Source: Microgenomates group bacterium GW2011_GWC1_46_15 (GTDB taxonomy: Bacteria; Patescibacteriota; Microgenomatia; UBA1400; UBA12028). From it: a stretch of DNA of 64,000 bases. Of the stretch, positions 20,093-30,733 are shown in pieces. A program made the position numbers and the translations under genes. The DNA lies in NCBI GenBank assembly GCA_001002285.1, contig LCLX01000003.1, positions 76,915-140,914 of the forward strand, in the 5' to 3' direction. Each line of letters starts with the position of its first letter. Within the stretch, counting starts at the first letter, position 1. Below the pieces are notes generated by a model, which was not told the origin of the DNA, ran no database searches, and saw nothing but the letters and a program-made list of their open reading frames with translations.

Positions 20093-20878
20093 TTAGTCCA
20101 ACCGATGGAATCCCTTTTCCCGGCTTTTTTCGTAACAAAACAGGAAAAGTGCGATAGAAAGAAATAGATACGTCAAACTAAGCGTGGCGCTGATCGCCAT
20201 GTTCCACTACGGAATCGCTCCCGTTGCCAAAACCGTACGCATGCTTTCAAATACGTATGTTGTTGGAAGCACGCGCGAAATCATTTGTGCCCACACTGGT
20301 AATACCGATACCGGATAGAACACCGCGCTGAATGGCGCAAACAAAAATCCCATCGTCCACGCAATCGTTTGTACGCGCGTTCCACCGATAATAATAAATG
20401 ATGATCCCAAAAATCCCATAAACCATCCGGATGCCATAAGCAAAGCAATGCATGGGAGAAAAAGCCAACCGATGGTGAAAATATTCAACGAATATAAAAA
20501 CCATACTGCCCCAACACCAACACCAAGTGTAATAAGCATTTTGAGCAGACCAATCAGCATAACGGCAGATACCCACTCCAACGGCTTTAATGGAGTTGAA
20601 AACATGTTGACAAGGTTTGCATTCCACATTTCCTCAAGAAGATTGACCGAGATTTCATAGTTTGCGCGCCACACAACCTGCCAAAACACGAGCGCCGTTA
20701 GAATCGCGAGCGCGACATGTGGAAGAGATACGTTTCTCTGTTGCACATACTGTGTGGTAAATCCCCAAAGGATAATGTCCATAATTGGCCAATACACCAT
20801 ATCTGTTAACCGGTCGAGGCTATGGATAAAAAGATACAGGTGACGGATTGTTACCGCCCATATTCTTCCGATGTTCAT
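20093..20878 (-). pseudogene. ABC-2 type permease with in-frame TAG at 20207-20209
   Basis: Frame continues past the TAG into a TM helix and basic tail (WNMAISATLSLTYLFLSIALFLFCYEKSREKGFHRLD). Confidence 0.75.
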
Positions 20879-21831
20879 GTGTTCTCCTTTTTCACAACTC
20901 TTCCCTGCTTTGCAAGGTACAGAAAATATGTTTCGAGGCTTGGTTTATTAATTGAAATTTGCGTGTACTCCACTCCCACTTTTGCCAGTCCGGAAAGTAG
21001 CTCTGCGATGTGTTGCTCATCTAAAGAAATATTCATCACTCTATTTTCTATAGTATGAGCAAGTTTGTGTTTTTTTGCATATTCTATAGTCCGCTTCATT
21101 CCATCGCCCACCATAAGCTGCACTGTCGCTGTTGAAATGCTCCGCGCAAGATTATCCGGCGTGTCATCTGCAACAATCTTTCCATGCTGTAAAAACATCA
21201 CGCGGTCACACACTTCCGTTACTTCGTCCATATTGTGCGATGTAAAAAGCATCGAAACGTTATACTCACGTCTTTGCTCGAGAACAAACGTGCGGACTTC
21301 GTGCGCAATGTCAGGATCCAAAGAGGCTGTGGGTTCGTCCAACAACGCAATGCGGGGATGTGCGAGAAATGCTTTCGCAAGCATCACGCGTGTTTTTTGT
21401 CCAGCAGAAAGATCACTCATTTGTTTATTTCGCTGATCCCACACACCAAAAAACGTAAGGAATTTTTGAATACGATGTTTTCGCTCTGCAGGAGAAAGGT
21501 TATAAAGCATTCCATACACATTCAGGTTTTCTAAAATAGTAAGTCGGTGCGGTAACTGAATGTATGTGCTTGCAAACGCAACGTGCTGTAACGTTTCACT
21601 TCTGTGCGTATAAAAATCTTTTCCAAAATACGTAATTGTTCCGCTTGTCGGCTTTAATGTACTCAGCAACATTTGAATGGTTGTTGTTTTTCCCGCGCCG
21701 TTTGGGCCAAGAAGTCCCAAAATTTCTCCCTCGTGCATTGAGAAGGAAATATGATCTACCGCGACGAACGGTTTCTTTCCCGTATACGTTTTTGTAAGAT
21801 CGTGGACTGAAAGCACAACATCTCGAGACAT
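20875..21831 (-). CDS. ABC transporter ATP-binding protein
   Basis: GPNGAGKTT, LSAGQ, LLDEPT. Confidence 0.92.
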   Translation of the reverse strand: MSRDVVLSVHDLTKTYTGKKPFVAVDHISFSMHEGEILGLLGPNGAGKTTTIQMLLSTLKPTSGTITYFGKDFYTHRSETLQHVAFASTYIQLPHRLTILENLNVYGMLYNLSPAERKHRIQKFLTFFGVWDQRNKQMSDLSAGQKTRVMLAKAFLAHPRIALLDEPTASLDPDIAHEVRTFVLEQRREYNVSMLFTSHNMDEVTEVCDRVMFLQHGKIVADDTPDNLARSISTATVQLMVGDGMKRTIEYAKKHKLAHTIENRVMNISLDEQHIAELLSGLAKVGVEYTQISINKPSLETYFLYLAKQGRVVKKENT

Positions 21832-21892
21832 GAATATAGTGTACCAGACGTACCAGAGGAAATATAGAGAATGCTCTTTTTTAAAACGTCAG

Positions 21893-23680
21893 CTATCTCT
21901 CCAACACTGCTAAAAATGCTTCCTGCGGAAGGCTGACGCTTCCAAACTCTTTCATCCGTTTCTTGCCTTTTTTCTGCTTTTTCAGCAACTTATCTTTGCG
22001 CGTTTGATCACCGCCGTACAGCTTTGCAATCACGTCTTTGCGAAACGACGGAATCGTTTCGCGCGCAACAATCTTGCCACCAATCGCCGCCTGAATAGCA
22101 ACTTCAAACTGGTGACGCGGAATCACGTCTTTTAATTTTTTAACAAGCGTGCGGCCGATCGCTTCGGCGCGGTCACGGACGACAATCTGCGAAAGTGCTT
22201 CGATAACATCGTGGTGTACGAGCACATCCAGTTTCACCGCATCAACTGGTTTAAATCCTACAACTTCATACTCCAGGCTCGCAAAGCCGGATGATACAGA
22301 CTTCAACTCATCGTGAAACTTAATAATAAGCTCGGCCAATGGAAGTTCGTATGTCACTTTTACCCGTGTGCCAATATCTTCTAGTTTTTGAAGCGTCGCG
22401 CGGTGGCCTTCGCACAACACCATGACTGCGCCCAAATATTCTTTCGGCGTAAAAACTTCGGTTAATGTCATGGGCTCTCCGTATGTGCGGATCTCAGCGG
22501 GATCGGGCAGCTCGGATGCGTTGTGGGTCATCACCTTTTCACCGTTGACCAATGTAATTTCATACGGCACCGAAGGCGATGTAGCAATGAGTTCCAAATC
22601 AAACTCGCGCTCCAACCGCTCACGTGCGATATCGGCGTGTAAAATGCCAAGAAAGCCAGCGCGCAGTCCATTGCCCAGTGCTTTTGAGTGCGTCGCTTGA
22701 TACTGAATTGCTGCGTCATGAAGCGCAAGCTTGCCCATTGCATCCACCAATAGAACATAGTCATCGCCGTCAACAGGATAAAAATCCATGTACACCATCG
22801 GCTGGGGCTCTTTGTAGCCTGGTAACGGAGTCATCGCGCCGTGAGAAACCGCAGTTGTAATCGTGTCCCCTACCCGCACCAACAACACATCTTTCAACCC
22901 CGTGGCAATGTAGCCAACCTCACCCGCGCGCAACTCTGTAACCGGCATCATTGTGGGATGAAACATGCCGATTTCAATTGGGGTAATGTGCGCGCCGGTA
23001 GCAAAAAACTTCACTTGTTCTTTTTTTAACACACCGTCCACCACACGGACGTACGCCACCACACCTTTATGTACACTATATAAAGAAGCAAACACCAAAA
23101 CACGCAGAGGCTTTTCGGGATGTCCGGTGGGTGCGGGAATATCGCGGACGATCCGTTTCAATAGCTCATCAACACCACCCCCTGTTTTTGCGGACACACG
23201 CACAATCTCGTCCTCTTTGATATGAAAACTTTCCATGAGATCAAGCGCAACGCGGTCGGGATCGGCAGCGGGCAAATCAATTTTATTGATGACGGGGATA
23301 ATTTTAAGACCCTGCGCTTTGGCTTTGTCGTAGTTTGACAATGTTTGTGCTTGAATCCCCTGTGTTGCGTCCACAACTAATAACGCTCCTTCACACGCCG
23401 CCAAAGAACGAGATACTTCGTATCCAAAATCAACATGTCCTGGTGTATCAATGAGGTTTAACTCATATGATTGGCCGTCCAATGTATACGGCATCCGTAC
23501 CGGCGCAAGTTTAATCGTGATACCGCGCTCTTTTTCGATGGGATTACTGTCCATCATCCGCACTTCTAAGTCGCGGGCGGAAACAGTGTTTGTCGCGCGC
23601 AACAGCCGGTCGGTCAACGTTGTTTTGCCGTGATCAATGTGCGCGATAATGCTAAAGTTGCGGATGTGAGAAGATTCCAT
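21893..23680 (-). CDS. lepA: Elongation factor 4
   Basis: IRNFSIIAHIDHGKT, ERGITIK, DTPGHVDF, C-terminal KQKKGKKRMK. Confidence 0.96.
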   Translation of the reverse strand: MESSHIRNFSIIAHIDHGKTTLTDRLLRATNTVSARDLEVRMMDSNPIEKERGITIKLAPVRMPYTLDGQSYELNLIDTPGHVDFGYEVSRSLAACEGALLVVDATQGIQAQTLSNYDKAKAQGLKIIPVINKIDLPAADPDRVALDLMESFHIKEDEIVRVSAKTGGGVDELLKRIVRDIPAPTGHPEKPLRVLVFASLYSVHKGVVAYVRVVDGVLKKEQVKFFATGAHITPIEIGMFHPTMMPVTELRAGEVGYIATGLKDVLLVRVGDTITTAVSHGAMTPLPGYKEPQPMVYMDFYPVDGDDYVLLVDAMGKLALHDAAIQYQATHSKALGNGLRAGFLGILHADIARERLEREFDLELIATSPSVPYEITLVNGEKVMTHNASELPDPAEIRTYGEPMTLTEVFTPKEYLGAVMVLCEGHRATLQKLEDIGTRVKVTYELPLAELIIKFHDELKSVSSGFASLEYEVVGFKPVDAVKLDVLVHHDVIEALSQIVVRDRAEAIGRTLVKKLKDVIPRHQFEVAIQAAIGGKIVARETIPSFRKDVIAKLYGGDQTRKDKLLKKQKKGKKRMKEFGSVSLPQEAFLAVLER

Positions 23681-23731
23681 TGTGAAGCGTATTGTACTGA
23701 AATCCAGGCGAAGGAGCAATGAACAACACGT

Positions 23732-25447
23732 TTACATCGAACTTGTTGTTTCGTCCGATCCTGCGCTCACCGTCTCGATTGCTTCGCCGGAGCGCGCAAG
23801 CGTCTTGCGCCATGGATCCATTTTCCCCCAGATTTTCTTGAGGATATATAACTCTTCTACGTGGAGCACCAATGCAAATATAATATATGCGCCCATGCCA
23901 ATCAGGCTTACAACACCCGTTAACATCAGCAGTCCAAAGGTTCGCGTGGTGTCAAAAATAACGTTATCCAAAAGCTTCATGGGAAAATAGAGGCCGATTG
24001 CCATAAGCAGGGCCGCCGCAAACATTTTTGCCTGCGGACCAACAATCTTCTGCAAAGAAAACTGCACTTTCGCGTGCAACAACAAAAACAACGCCACTGC
24101 TTCAAAAAATCCTGTTGCTGCGATAGATACCGCAAGCCCAACCAATCGCACATTTGCGGTCGTATCGCCCACATATGTGATGTACCACCCCATCAAGACG
24201 CCCAACACCATCGAGAGCAACGACACAAAGAATGGTCGGCGCGTATCGTGCATCGCATAAAATCCGCGAACGAGTACGTGTGTCATTGCCTGCGCCGCAA
24301 CCGAAAGCGCCATCACGCCAACCAATCTTCCAGTTAGTACTGTGTCAGCCCACGGAAAATTTTTTGCCCCGAATGCGAAACGAACAATCGGAATGCGCAA
24401 AATCAATAATAAAACCGATGCAGGTAACGCAAAAAAAGTGACTTGGTGGAGCGATTGTGTGAGAAGCGCGCGGAATTTATCCATGTCCCCCTCGCTTGTT
24501 TCTTTTGCCAAAAACGGCAATGCGGCTTGGCCAATTGGCACGCCGAACACGCGGATCGGGATGGTCATAAGCCGCTGGGCAAAACGCATGAGTGTTAAAT
24601 TAGCACCAGTAATCGAAGTGATAAAAAAGGTTAAAAAATATGGCTGAATGAGGTCAATCCCCTCACCTAACGCGCGGGGCAACGTGAGCCGCATCACATC
24701 GTGCACTCCGGCATGTTTCCATAGGATAGAAAAGTAGTACCGGAATCCCAGTTTCATCGCGAGTGGAATTTGCAGTGCCATGTGCGCGAACGCACCCAGC
24801 AATACGCCATACACCGGGCCAAAAATACCAAAATACCTGCTGAGTACAACCGTGCCAAAAATGATGCCGAGGTTGTACACTACGGGCGATAACGCGGGAA
24901 TAATGAATCGCTGATACGACTGAATCATGCCGGACATAAAGTTTGAGACCGCAAAAAAGAACTGCGCAAACAACATGATGCGCGTCATGCTTGCCGCGAG
25001 CGTTACTTGTGATTCAGAAAATCCCGCACCAGTCATAAACCGGATGATTTGCGGCGCAAAAATAAACACGACGGTTCCCGCGCACACAAATAACAACAGC
25101 ACTATGTTAATGACACTCGAGGCCATATGAAATGCGTCACGTTCGTCTTTATGTTTGTACTTCGTGAACACTGGAATAAACGCCGCGGAAAACGCACCAA
25201 CGACTAACAATTGGAATACTAAATCAGAAGGCTGAAACGCAACCCAATACGCGTCTAATTGTTCCTGTGTTTTTGTTGTTGGATTGTAAAAGGTTGAAGC
25301 AAGCAAACGATAACTCAGAAGACCGGTGAGCGATGATAATAATACCGATGCCGTCAAAATTGCCGCCGCAGAAAGAATCGAAGTCTGCTGTTGCTCGAGC
25401 CATTGTTTTGCGCCGTTTTGGAAATAATTGAACATCCACTTAAACAT
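23732..25447 (-). CDS. murJ: Lipid II flippase MurJ/MviN
   Basis: GAFSAAFIPVF, many TM helices, RGFYAMHDTRRP. Confidence 0.9.
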   Translation of the reverse strand: MFKWMFNYFQNGAKQWLEQQQTSILSAAAILTASVLLSSLTGLLSYRLLASTFYNPTTKTQEQLDAYWVAFQPSDLVFQLLVVGAFSAAFIPVFTKYKHKDERDAFHMASSVINIVLLLFVCAGTVVFIFAPQIIRFMTGAGFSESQVTLAASMTRIMLFAQFFFAVSNFMSGMIQSYQRFIIPALSPVVYNLGIIFGTVVLSRYFGIFGPVYGVLLGAFAHMALQIPLAMKLGFRYYFSILWKHAGVHDVMRLTLPRALGEGIDLIQPYFLTFFITSITGANLTLMRFAQRLMTIPIRVFGVPIGQAALPFLAKETSEGDMDKFRALLTQSLHQVTFFALPASVLLLILRIPIVRFAFGAKNFPWADTVLTGRLVGVMALSVAAQAMTHVLVRGFYAMHDTRRPFFVSLLSMVLGVLMGWYITYVGDTTANVRLVGLAVSIAATGFFEAVALFLLLHAKVQFSLQKIVGPQAKMFAAALLMAIGLYFPMKLLDNVIFDTTRTFGLLMLTGVVSLIGMGAYIIFALVLHVEELYILKKIWGKMDPWRKTLARSGEAIETVSAGSDETTSSM

Positions 25448-25601
25448 GAATGCATTAAATCATCGCTTTTCTGATTTAGCTAGAGGGGTTTTTCTCCATG
25501 TCGCATGATGTTCTCCAGAGTGCTTCGGGTTTTTGTAGTGTTGTTGTTTTTTTCTGCATCCTATACAGTGATAGCAGGCTTAGCGATAGGCAATTTTTGT
25601 T

Positions 25602-27011
25602 ATGAAACTGTCCGAACTCTTAAAGAAGAAAATCCCGACCATTCTCGGCCTTGTTTTCCTTGGCGGAGGTCTGGTGGTTGGGCTACTCGTACTTGGTCAG
25701 GGAACCGGCGGATTCTTGCCAAAAGCCAGTCCAGAAACAACGCCAAAACAACTCCGCATTACGAATATTACCGACAGTGCATTCACCGTTTCCTTTTTAA
25801 CCGACACCGCGGTGCCCGGGTACGTGAAGTATGGCACCGACCAAGGCCAACTTAAGACACAGGTGTCCGACGACCGCGATCAACTCACAGGAGCGGTGGG
25901 CCAGTTTACAACGCACCACATTACTCTGCGCAACCTTTCGCCCGCAACAAAGTATTTTTTTACGATTGGCACTGCAAGCCGGACAGTCTACACCGATGGT
26001 GGAAATCCGTATAGTACGACAACCGCGCCAAGAGCAACCGGCACGCCGGACGCGCTCACGGTGTATGGAAGCGTACTCACGAGAGCCGCAACGCCGGCGC
26101 AAGACAGTATCGTGTATGTGTCTGTTGATGGCGCGTCCCCGCTTTCATCGCTTGTAAAATCATCCGCAGGATGGGCCATTCCCCTTTCCACCGCACGCGC
26201 GACCGATCTCAAATCGTTTGCGCCCATTACCACGCAAAGCACATTGAACATTTTTGTGCAGGGAAAAGATGCCGCACAAACGTCACGCGTTACCGCGCTG
26301 GTGAAAGATGCCCAACCGGTTGCCGCGATCACGCTTGGACAGTCGCAGGATTTAACGCAAGGCGCGGGTACGCAAACAACAACGGGGGCGACGGGTGATA
26401 CGTCGCAATTTTCCGCGAGCCAACTCAACTCTGCTACAGAGTCAACAACTTCTGGTGGAACGAATGGAAGTTCTAACACCATTCAATTTTTAAATCCTTC
26501 GCAAAACGGCGAAGAGGTGAACACAACAAAACCAGAGATTCAAGGAAAGGCGCCCGCTTCAACGACGCTCATAATCAAGGTCGAGTCCGATCCCGTGTAT
26601 ACCGGAACAGTGCAAACCGATGCGCAAGGAAACTGGACGTACACGCCACCGGCGAATCTTACTCCGGGAGAGCATACTGTAACCGTGAGTTATACCGATG
26701 CCGGTGGTGTTTTGCGATCGGAAAAACGCACATTCTTAGTGTTGGCAAGCGGTTCGAGTTCTTTGCCCGCGCTTACGTCAACTCCATCTGCTACGCCACT
26801 GCCGCGTGTGTCTACGCCAGCAACAGGATCCGGTATTCCACGCGCGGGAAGCACTGGACAAACATTCGCACTTTTATTTGCCGGCTTGTTCTTTATCCTT
26901 GGTGGAGCGTTGTATTGGCAAAAATCACTTGCATATATGGCCGCGGACGAACGAACAATGCAATCAGTTTCGCTTGACGACAATAACCAGGAACCCTATG
27001 CTGAAAGATAG
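25602..27011 (+). CDS. Surface protein with Fn3-like and Ig-like domains and a C-terminal IPRAG-TM anchor
   Basis: ITNITDSAFTVSF..HHITLRNLSPATKYFF; KPEIQGKA..GNWTYTP..LTPGEH; IPRAGS followed by TM. Confidence 0.7.
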   Translation: MKLSELLKKKIPTILGLVFLGGGLVVGLLVLGQGTGGFLPKASPETTPKQLRITNITDSAFTVSFLTDTAVPGYVKYGTDQGQLKTQVSDDRDQLTGAVGQFTTHHITLRNLSPATKYFFTIGTASRTVYTDGGNPYSTTTAPRATGTPDALTVYGSVLTRAATPAQDSIVYVSVDGASPLSSLVKSSAGWAIPLSTARATDLKSFAPITTQSTLNIFVQGKDAAQTSRVTALVKDAQPVAAITLGQSQDLTQGAGTQTTTGATGDTSQFSASQLNSATESTTSGGTNGSSNTIQFLNPSQNGEEVNTTKPEIQGKAPASTTLIIKVESDPVYTGTVQTDAQGNWTYTPPANLTPGEHTVTVSYTDAGGVLRSEKRTFLVLASGSSSLPALTSTPSATPLPRVSTPATGSGIPRAGSTGQTFALLFAGLFFILGGALYWQKSLAYMAADERTMQSVSLDDNNQEPYAER

Positions 27012-27017
27012 AAAAAC

Positions 27018-29147
27018 ATGAGCGATACAACAGTCCTGCCACCACTCACTCCGCAAACACCATCAACGCCACAGGTGCCGCAGATGACTCCTGCGTCAAC
27101 GCCACTCATGCCAACACCGCCCGCCGAGGTGTTCGGTGATGATATAAAAAGTGATATACCCTCAATAAAACCATCGTCGGTAACGCCACTTGTTTCCACT
27201 CAACCACCGGTATCAACCCCACCACTCACCAAGCCCGCTGATACACACACTTCACTCGATCAAGCACTCGCCGACCTCGAAAAAGAAGCGATGAAGCTTG
27301 CAGGAGATGAAGGAAAACAAACAAAAGAAGTTCAACCAAAGATTGCTGAATCAAAATCTGTAGAGAAGCCAGTTGAAAAAATTGGTGAAAAACTTGCTGA
27401 GCCTGCGCCGATGAAACAAGAGCTTCCCTCACTATCTAATGATTTAGAAAAGCCTTTTGTTGTTACTCCAAAAACAGACACGCTTCCACCATTGCCCCCC
27501 ACTTCTCCCGTCATTAAACCCATGATTCAGCTTGCTGAAAAACCAGCGGTAAAACCAGTAGCTCCTGTTACGCCAGGCGCCGGAATGGAAACACTCAAAG
27601 CGCACACATCATCCACAACATCCGTGTTTGATACCAAAATGGAAAGTGTAGAAGAGAAACCAACCGTTACTCCCCCTGTTACTTCTCAGCCAGTAGAAAA
27701 AGGAAAGAAGAAGGAAAAAGATACTACTGTGGAAAGTAGTGCGGATAGTGGTTCTGGAAAAAAGAAAAAAGGATTCGTAAAGAAAATTGTTGCTGCCGCG
27801 GCGCTAGCGGTACTCGTGATTGGGTTAGGTGTTGGTATTTTTGTTGCACAACAATCGCAGGATGTGAGACAACAAGCTGCTTCTGGCTGCATTATTGTAA
27901 ATGGCGGAACAAAAGATGCTGGTATTTGGTGTGCTAATGGTGATTGGATAAAACACTGTGGGGATGCTGTTAATGTTCCATCAGATGAAGCTATGAAGGC
28001 TTGTGAAGACAAAGTGAATGAGTTAAATGGTGTTACAGAACCAGTACCCCCCACTAATGACCAATCCTCAACTACAACTAGATGTACCGCCAAGGATGGT
28101 TCTCTCGGAGAAACGTGTGGGGACTTAAGCAAGTGCGATATCGCTGGAGGATGTAACCCTGCTTGTGGAAGTGGCACAAGAGATGGAAAAATTTGCGACA
28201 TACCAAACGGGTACTGTACATCAGGTTATTCTTGTCGTCCTGGGAGCAATTCTGTCAATGTGAAAAAATGTGATGGGAATCAATGTGTTAATTCATGGTG
28301 TGATACGGCAGATGTTGGTACAGATAGATGTAAAACATGTTCAAGTAACTCAGAGTGTACCGTAGATAATAGTAGTCTCCCCACATGTGCAACCGGTCTT
28401 GACTGTAACCTCCCAGGAGACCGATTTCCAACGGGAGCCATAAGTTGCGCGAGTCCCGTTAGTGGAAAGACAATGTCTTGTTGTCCCGCTGGATATAAAA
28501 GAAATAGTCTAGATCCTACAACAAATTACTGTGTCCCCAGTACAAGCGGGAATTCCTGTCCCAACGATTCTTCAAAACAAATTGCAAAATGCTATAAGTT
28601 TGTGTGTCCAAATGGATGCGAACTCAATAAGGATGACCCTAATGGTGTTGAAGCCTGGAGATGTAGCACTTCTACTCCTGGTGTACAAATCCAGGAACTT
28701 TCCGGAGCTGCTTGTCTTTCTGCTTCTCTTAATGGACAGTGCGGTCAAATCGACATGATTGATACCCAAGGAAACTATTGCGGATATACTGCCTCAGGGT
28801 ATAACTGTGGTGGAAGCTGCCAAGGTAACACACCCCCCTTATCCAACCCTCCCGACGAATCCCCTCCTCCAACAAACCCACCGGGTGCTCCCATGTGCCA
28901 GGGAATTGCGAAAGACATAACCGCGCCCAAAGCCGGTGACCAAGTTGCGTTCACGTGTACCCAATCCACCGACGCAACCCGGTACGAGTTCCGATACAGG
29001 GTCGGCAGTGGCGCGTTTACCGCGCTCGATCCGCTCAACGCAACCGCGAGAACATCCAAATCACTTACTGTACAAGACGGCACGTATGATGTGCAATGTC
29101 GCCCATGTACTAACAACACATGTGCAAGTTGGAGCACTGCAAACTAA
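27018..29147 (+). CDS. Single-pass protein with Pro-rich N-terminus and Cys-rich ectodomain
   Basis: KKKKGFVKK-TM-QQSQDVRQQA followed by a long Cys-dense region. Confidence 0.75.
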   Translation: MSDTTVLPPLTPQTPSTPQVPQMTPASTPLMPTPPAEVFGDDIKSDIPSIKPSSVTPLVSTQPPVSTPPLTKPADTHTSLDQALADLEKEAMKLAGDEGKQTKEVQPKIAESKSVEKPVEKIGEKLAEPAPMKQELPSLSNDLEKPFVVTPKTDTLPPLPPTSPVIKPMIQLAEKPAVKPVAPVTPGAGMETLKAHTSSTTSVFDTKMESVEEKPTVTPPVTSQPVEKGKKKEKDTTVESSADSGSGKKKKGFVKKIVAAAALAVLVIGLGVGIFVAQQSQDVRQQAASGCIIVNGGTKDAGIWCANGDWIKHCGDAVNVPSDEAMKACEDKVNELNGVTEPVPPTNDQSSTTTRCTAKDGSLGETCGDLSKCDIAGGCNPACGSGTRDGKICDIPNGYCTSGYSCRPGSNSVNVKKCDGNQCVNSWCDTADVGTDRCKTCSSNSECTVDNSSLPTCATGLDCNLPGDRFPTGAISCASPVSGKTMSCCPAGYKRNSLDPTTNYCVPSTSGNSCPNDSSKQIAKCYKFVCPNGCELNKDDPNGVEAWRCSTSTPGVQIQELSGAACLSASLNGQCGQIDMIDTQGNYCGYTASGYNCGGSCQGNTPPLSNPPDESPPPTNPPGAPMCQGIAKDITAPKAGDQVAFTCTQSTDATRYEFRYRVGSGAFTALDPLNATARTSKSLTVQDGTYDVQCRPCTNNTCASWSTAN

Positions 29148-29162
29148 CAAAAAGATAACACT

Positions 29163-30422
29163 ATGACATTAAAACCAAAAACACGGGCGCTTCTTTTGAT
29201 TGCAGGATCGCTGTTGACTGTGATTCTTGTCGTTGCGACCGTGATTATTTCTCTGCGGTTGAAAAATCAAGGCAGCCGATCGGTAACCCCAACAACACCG
29301 GAATCAAAACCTTCCGCGGATGTTACCGCGTCATGCGCGCTTACGTTTACAGTGGGAACGCAACTTATTCAATGTGATGTTCCAACTATATACAAAAATG
29401 ATTCTCGGAATAGTTCTGGAATATATTTTACTTCTCCTAATGACATTATTGACCCAACAAAAACAAATTTTTCTCCTGGACAAATAATAGTTCTTAAGCT
29501 TCCCATAAAAAATGAAGAAGATGATTTGGAGTATCCAACTGCCGCATGGACTGATGTATTAAGTACACAGCTAACATTTGTTGACGGTGGTAGTGGATGT
29601 ACATACGAACAATCTAATCGTACTGTCACATGCCACACCGGAAATATGCTTTCTTCTTTTATGAGCTGGTTTCGTGTCCGTATAAATGATAGTGCAACTG
29701 GAAAAATAACAAATACTGCAACTATTACCCCGGGAGGATCCGACCCAAGTTCCTGTAGTGTTGAAATTACCATTAGTAGTGCCCCCACCCCGACGCCCAC
29801 TCCAACGCTTGACGCCGGTTTCCTCGTCCAAAAATTCAATGATAAAAATAATAATAAGGCGCGCGATAGCGGTGAAGCAGGTTTGGATTGGGACTTCGAG
29901 TGGAAACTCAATGGCGATAACAACTTCCGCGCGTATCAAACGTATGTCGACAAAAACGGTGAAGGTGGTCGCGTTGGTGGGCTGAAAGACGGTGACAAAG
30001 TCCACATCCGCGAAAAAAGTAAGAGTGGTTGGAGCGCGACAAACGGCACCGAGCAAACATTTACCGTCAAACTTGGTGAAACATATGTTGCATATTTTGG
30101 AAACCGCCAACCAACAACGGTTGGGTGCAACAATAGCTGTTCTGCAGATACTGATTGTGCCTCCGGACTCTTCTGTTCCAAAGCAACTGGCTCCACAAGT
30201 GGCGTGTGCCGCAACAATGCGTGTGTAAACAAAACAAACTGTACGTGTGATGTTGTTACCTCAACCTCAACACCAACAACGATCGTAAAAGCTTCTCCTA
30301 CTCCGACTTCAGTGCCCGAAGCGCCTCTGCCAGAAGCAGGTTCAACCGGTCAATCAATACTGTTATTCCTCGGCGGAACCACGATGACGGTTCTTGGAGT
30401 TATTGGACTGCTTGCGCTGTAG
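29163..30422 (+). CDS. Surface protein (DUF11-like, SdrD-B-like, Cys-rich) with LPEAG-TM anchor
   Basis: TDVLSTQLTFV..ITNTATI; KFNDKNNNKARDSGEAGL; LPEAGS followed by TM. Confidence 0.7.
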   Translation: MTLKPKTRALLLIAGSLLTVILVVATVIISLRLKNQGSRSVTPTTPESKPSADVTASCALTFTVGTQLIQCDVPTIYKNDSRNSSGIYFTSPNDIIDPTKTNFSPGQIIVLKLPIKNEEDDLEYPTAAWTDVLSTQLTFVDGGSGCTYEQSNRTVTCHTGNMLSSFMSWFRVRINDSATGKITNTATITPGGSDPSSCSVEITISSAPTPTPTPTLDAGFLVQKFNDKNNNKARDSGEAGLDWDFEWKLNGDNNFRAYQTYVDKNGEGGRVGGLKDGDKVHIREKSKSGWSATNGTEQTFTVKLGETYVAYFGNRQPTTVGCNNSCSADTDCASGLFCSKATGSTSGVCRNNACVNKTNCTCDVVTSTSTPTTIVKASPTPTSVPEAPLPEAGSTGQSILLFLGGTTMTVLGVIGLLAL

Positions 30423-30447
30423 TTTCACACCGCTATTGTTGAAAGAG

Positions 30448-30639
30448 TTATACCGCTTTCCGCAACATCTTTTTCAGCCTAAGACCGCCGTACACATTTT
30501 TCGCGCCTGTTTGCGGATCCCGAGCGACAATGCGGAGCGACTCATCATCGTCAAGTGGAACGTCTGCTAATTTTTCGAGTTGAAAGAATGTTTCCCAAAA
30601 CTCGTCATCGCGCTGTTTGTCCAAAAGATCGTTTTTCAT
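30448..30639 (-). CDS. Small hypothetical protein
   Basis: Fills the gap downstream of the tRNA; acidic N-terminus, basic C-terminus. Confidence 0.4.
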   Translation of the reverse strand: MKNDLLDKQRDDEFWETFFQLEKLADVPLDDDESLRIVARDPQTGAKNVYGGLRLKKMLRKAV

Positions 30640-30659
30640 ATGTAGTCTATTCATGCCTG

Positions 30660-30728
30660 CGAGAAATCATCTTTTTGAGGAACTCAGGGTTCGGGGTCCC
30701 CTGGAGACGAAAAAAGATGATCTCGAGC
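30660..30728. repeat. Dispersed palindromic element, copy 1
   Basis: Core GAGGAACTCAGGG..GGGTCCYCTGGAGACGAAAA shared with 41190-41257, inside an inverted repeat. Confidence 0.8.
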
Positions 30729-30733
30729 GTATG

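Noticed and set aside
19823-20209. Genome-wide stop codon reassignment
   Set aside because: TAA, TAG and TGA all end conserved genes at the expected places (for example trxA TAA, lepA TAG, pth TGA)
30660-30728. Hammerhead ribozyme or cobalamin riboswitch
   Set aside because: No CUGANGA core with stem II and no B12 box; the element is too short
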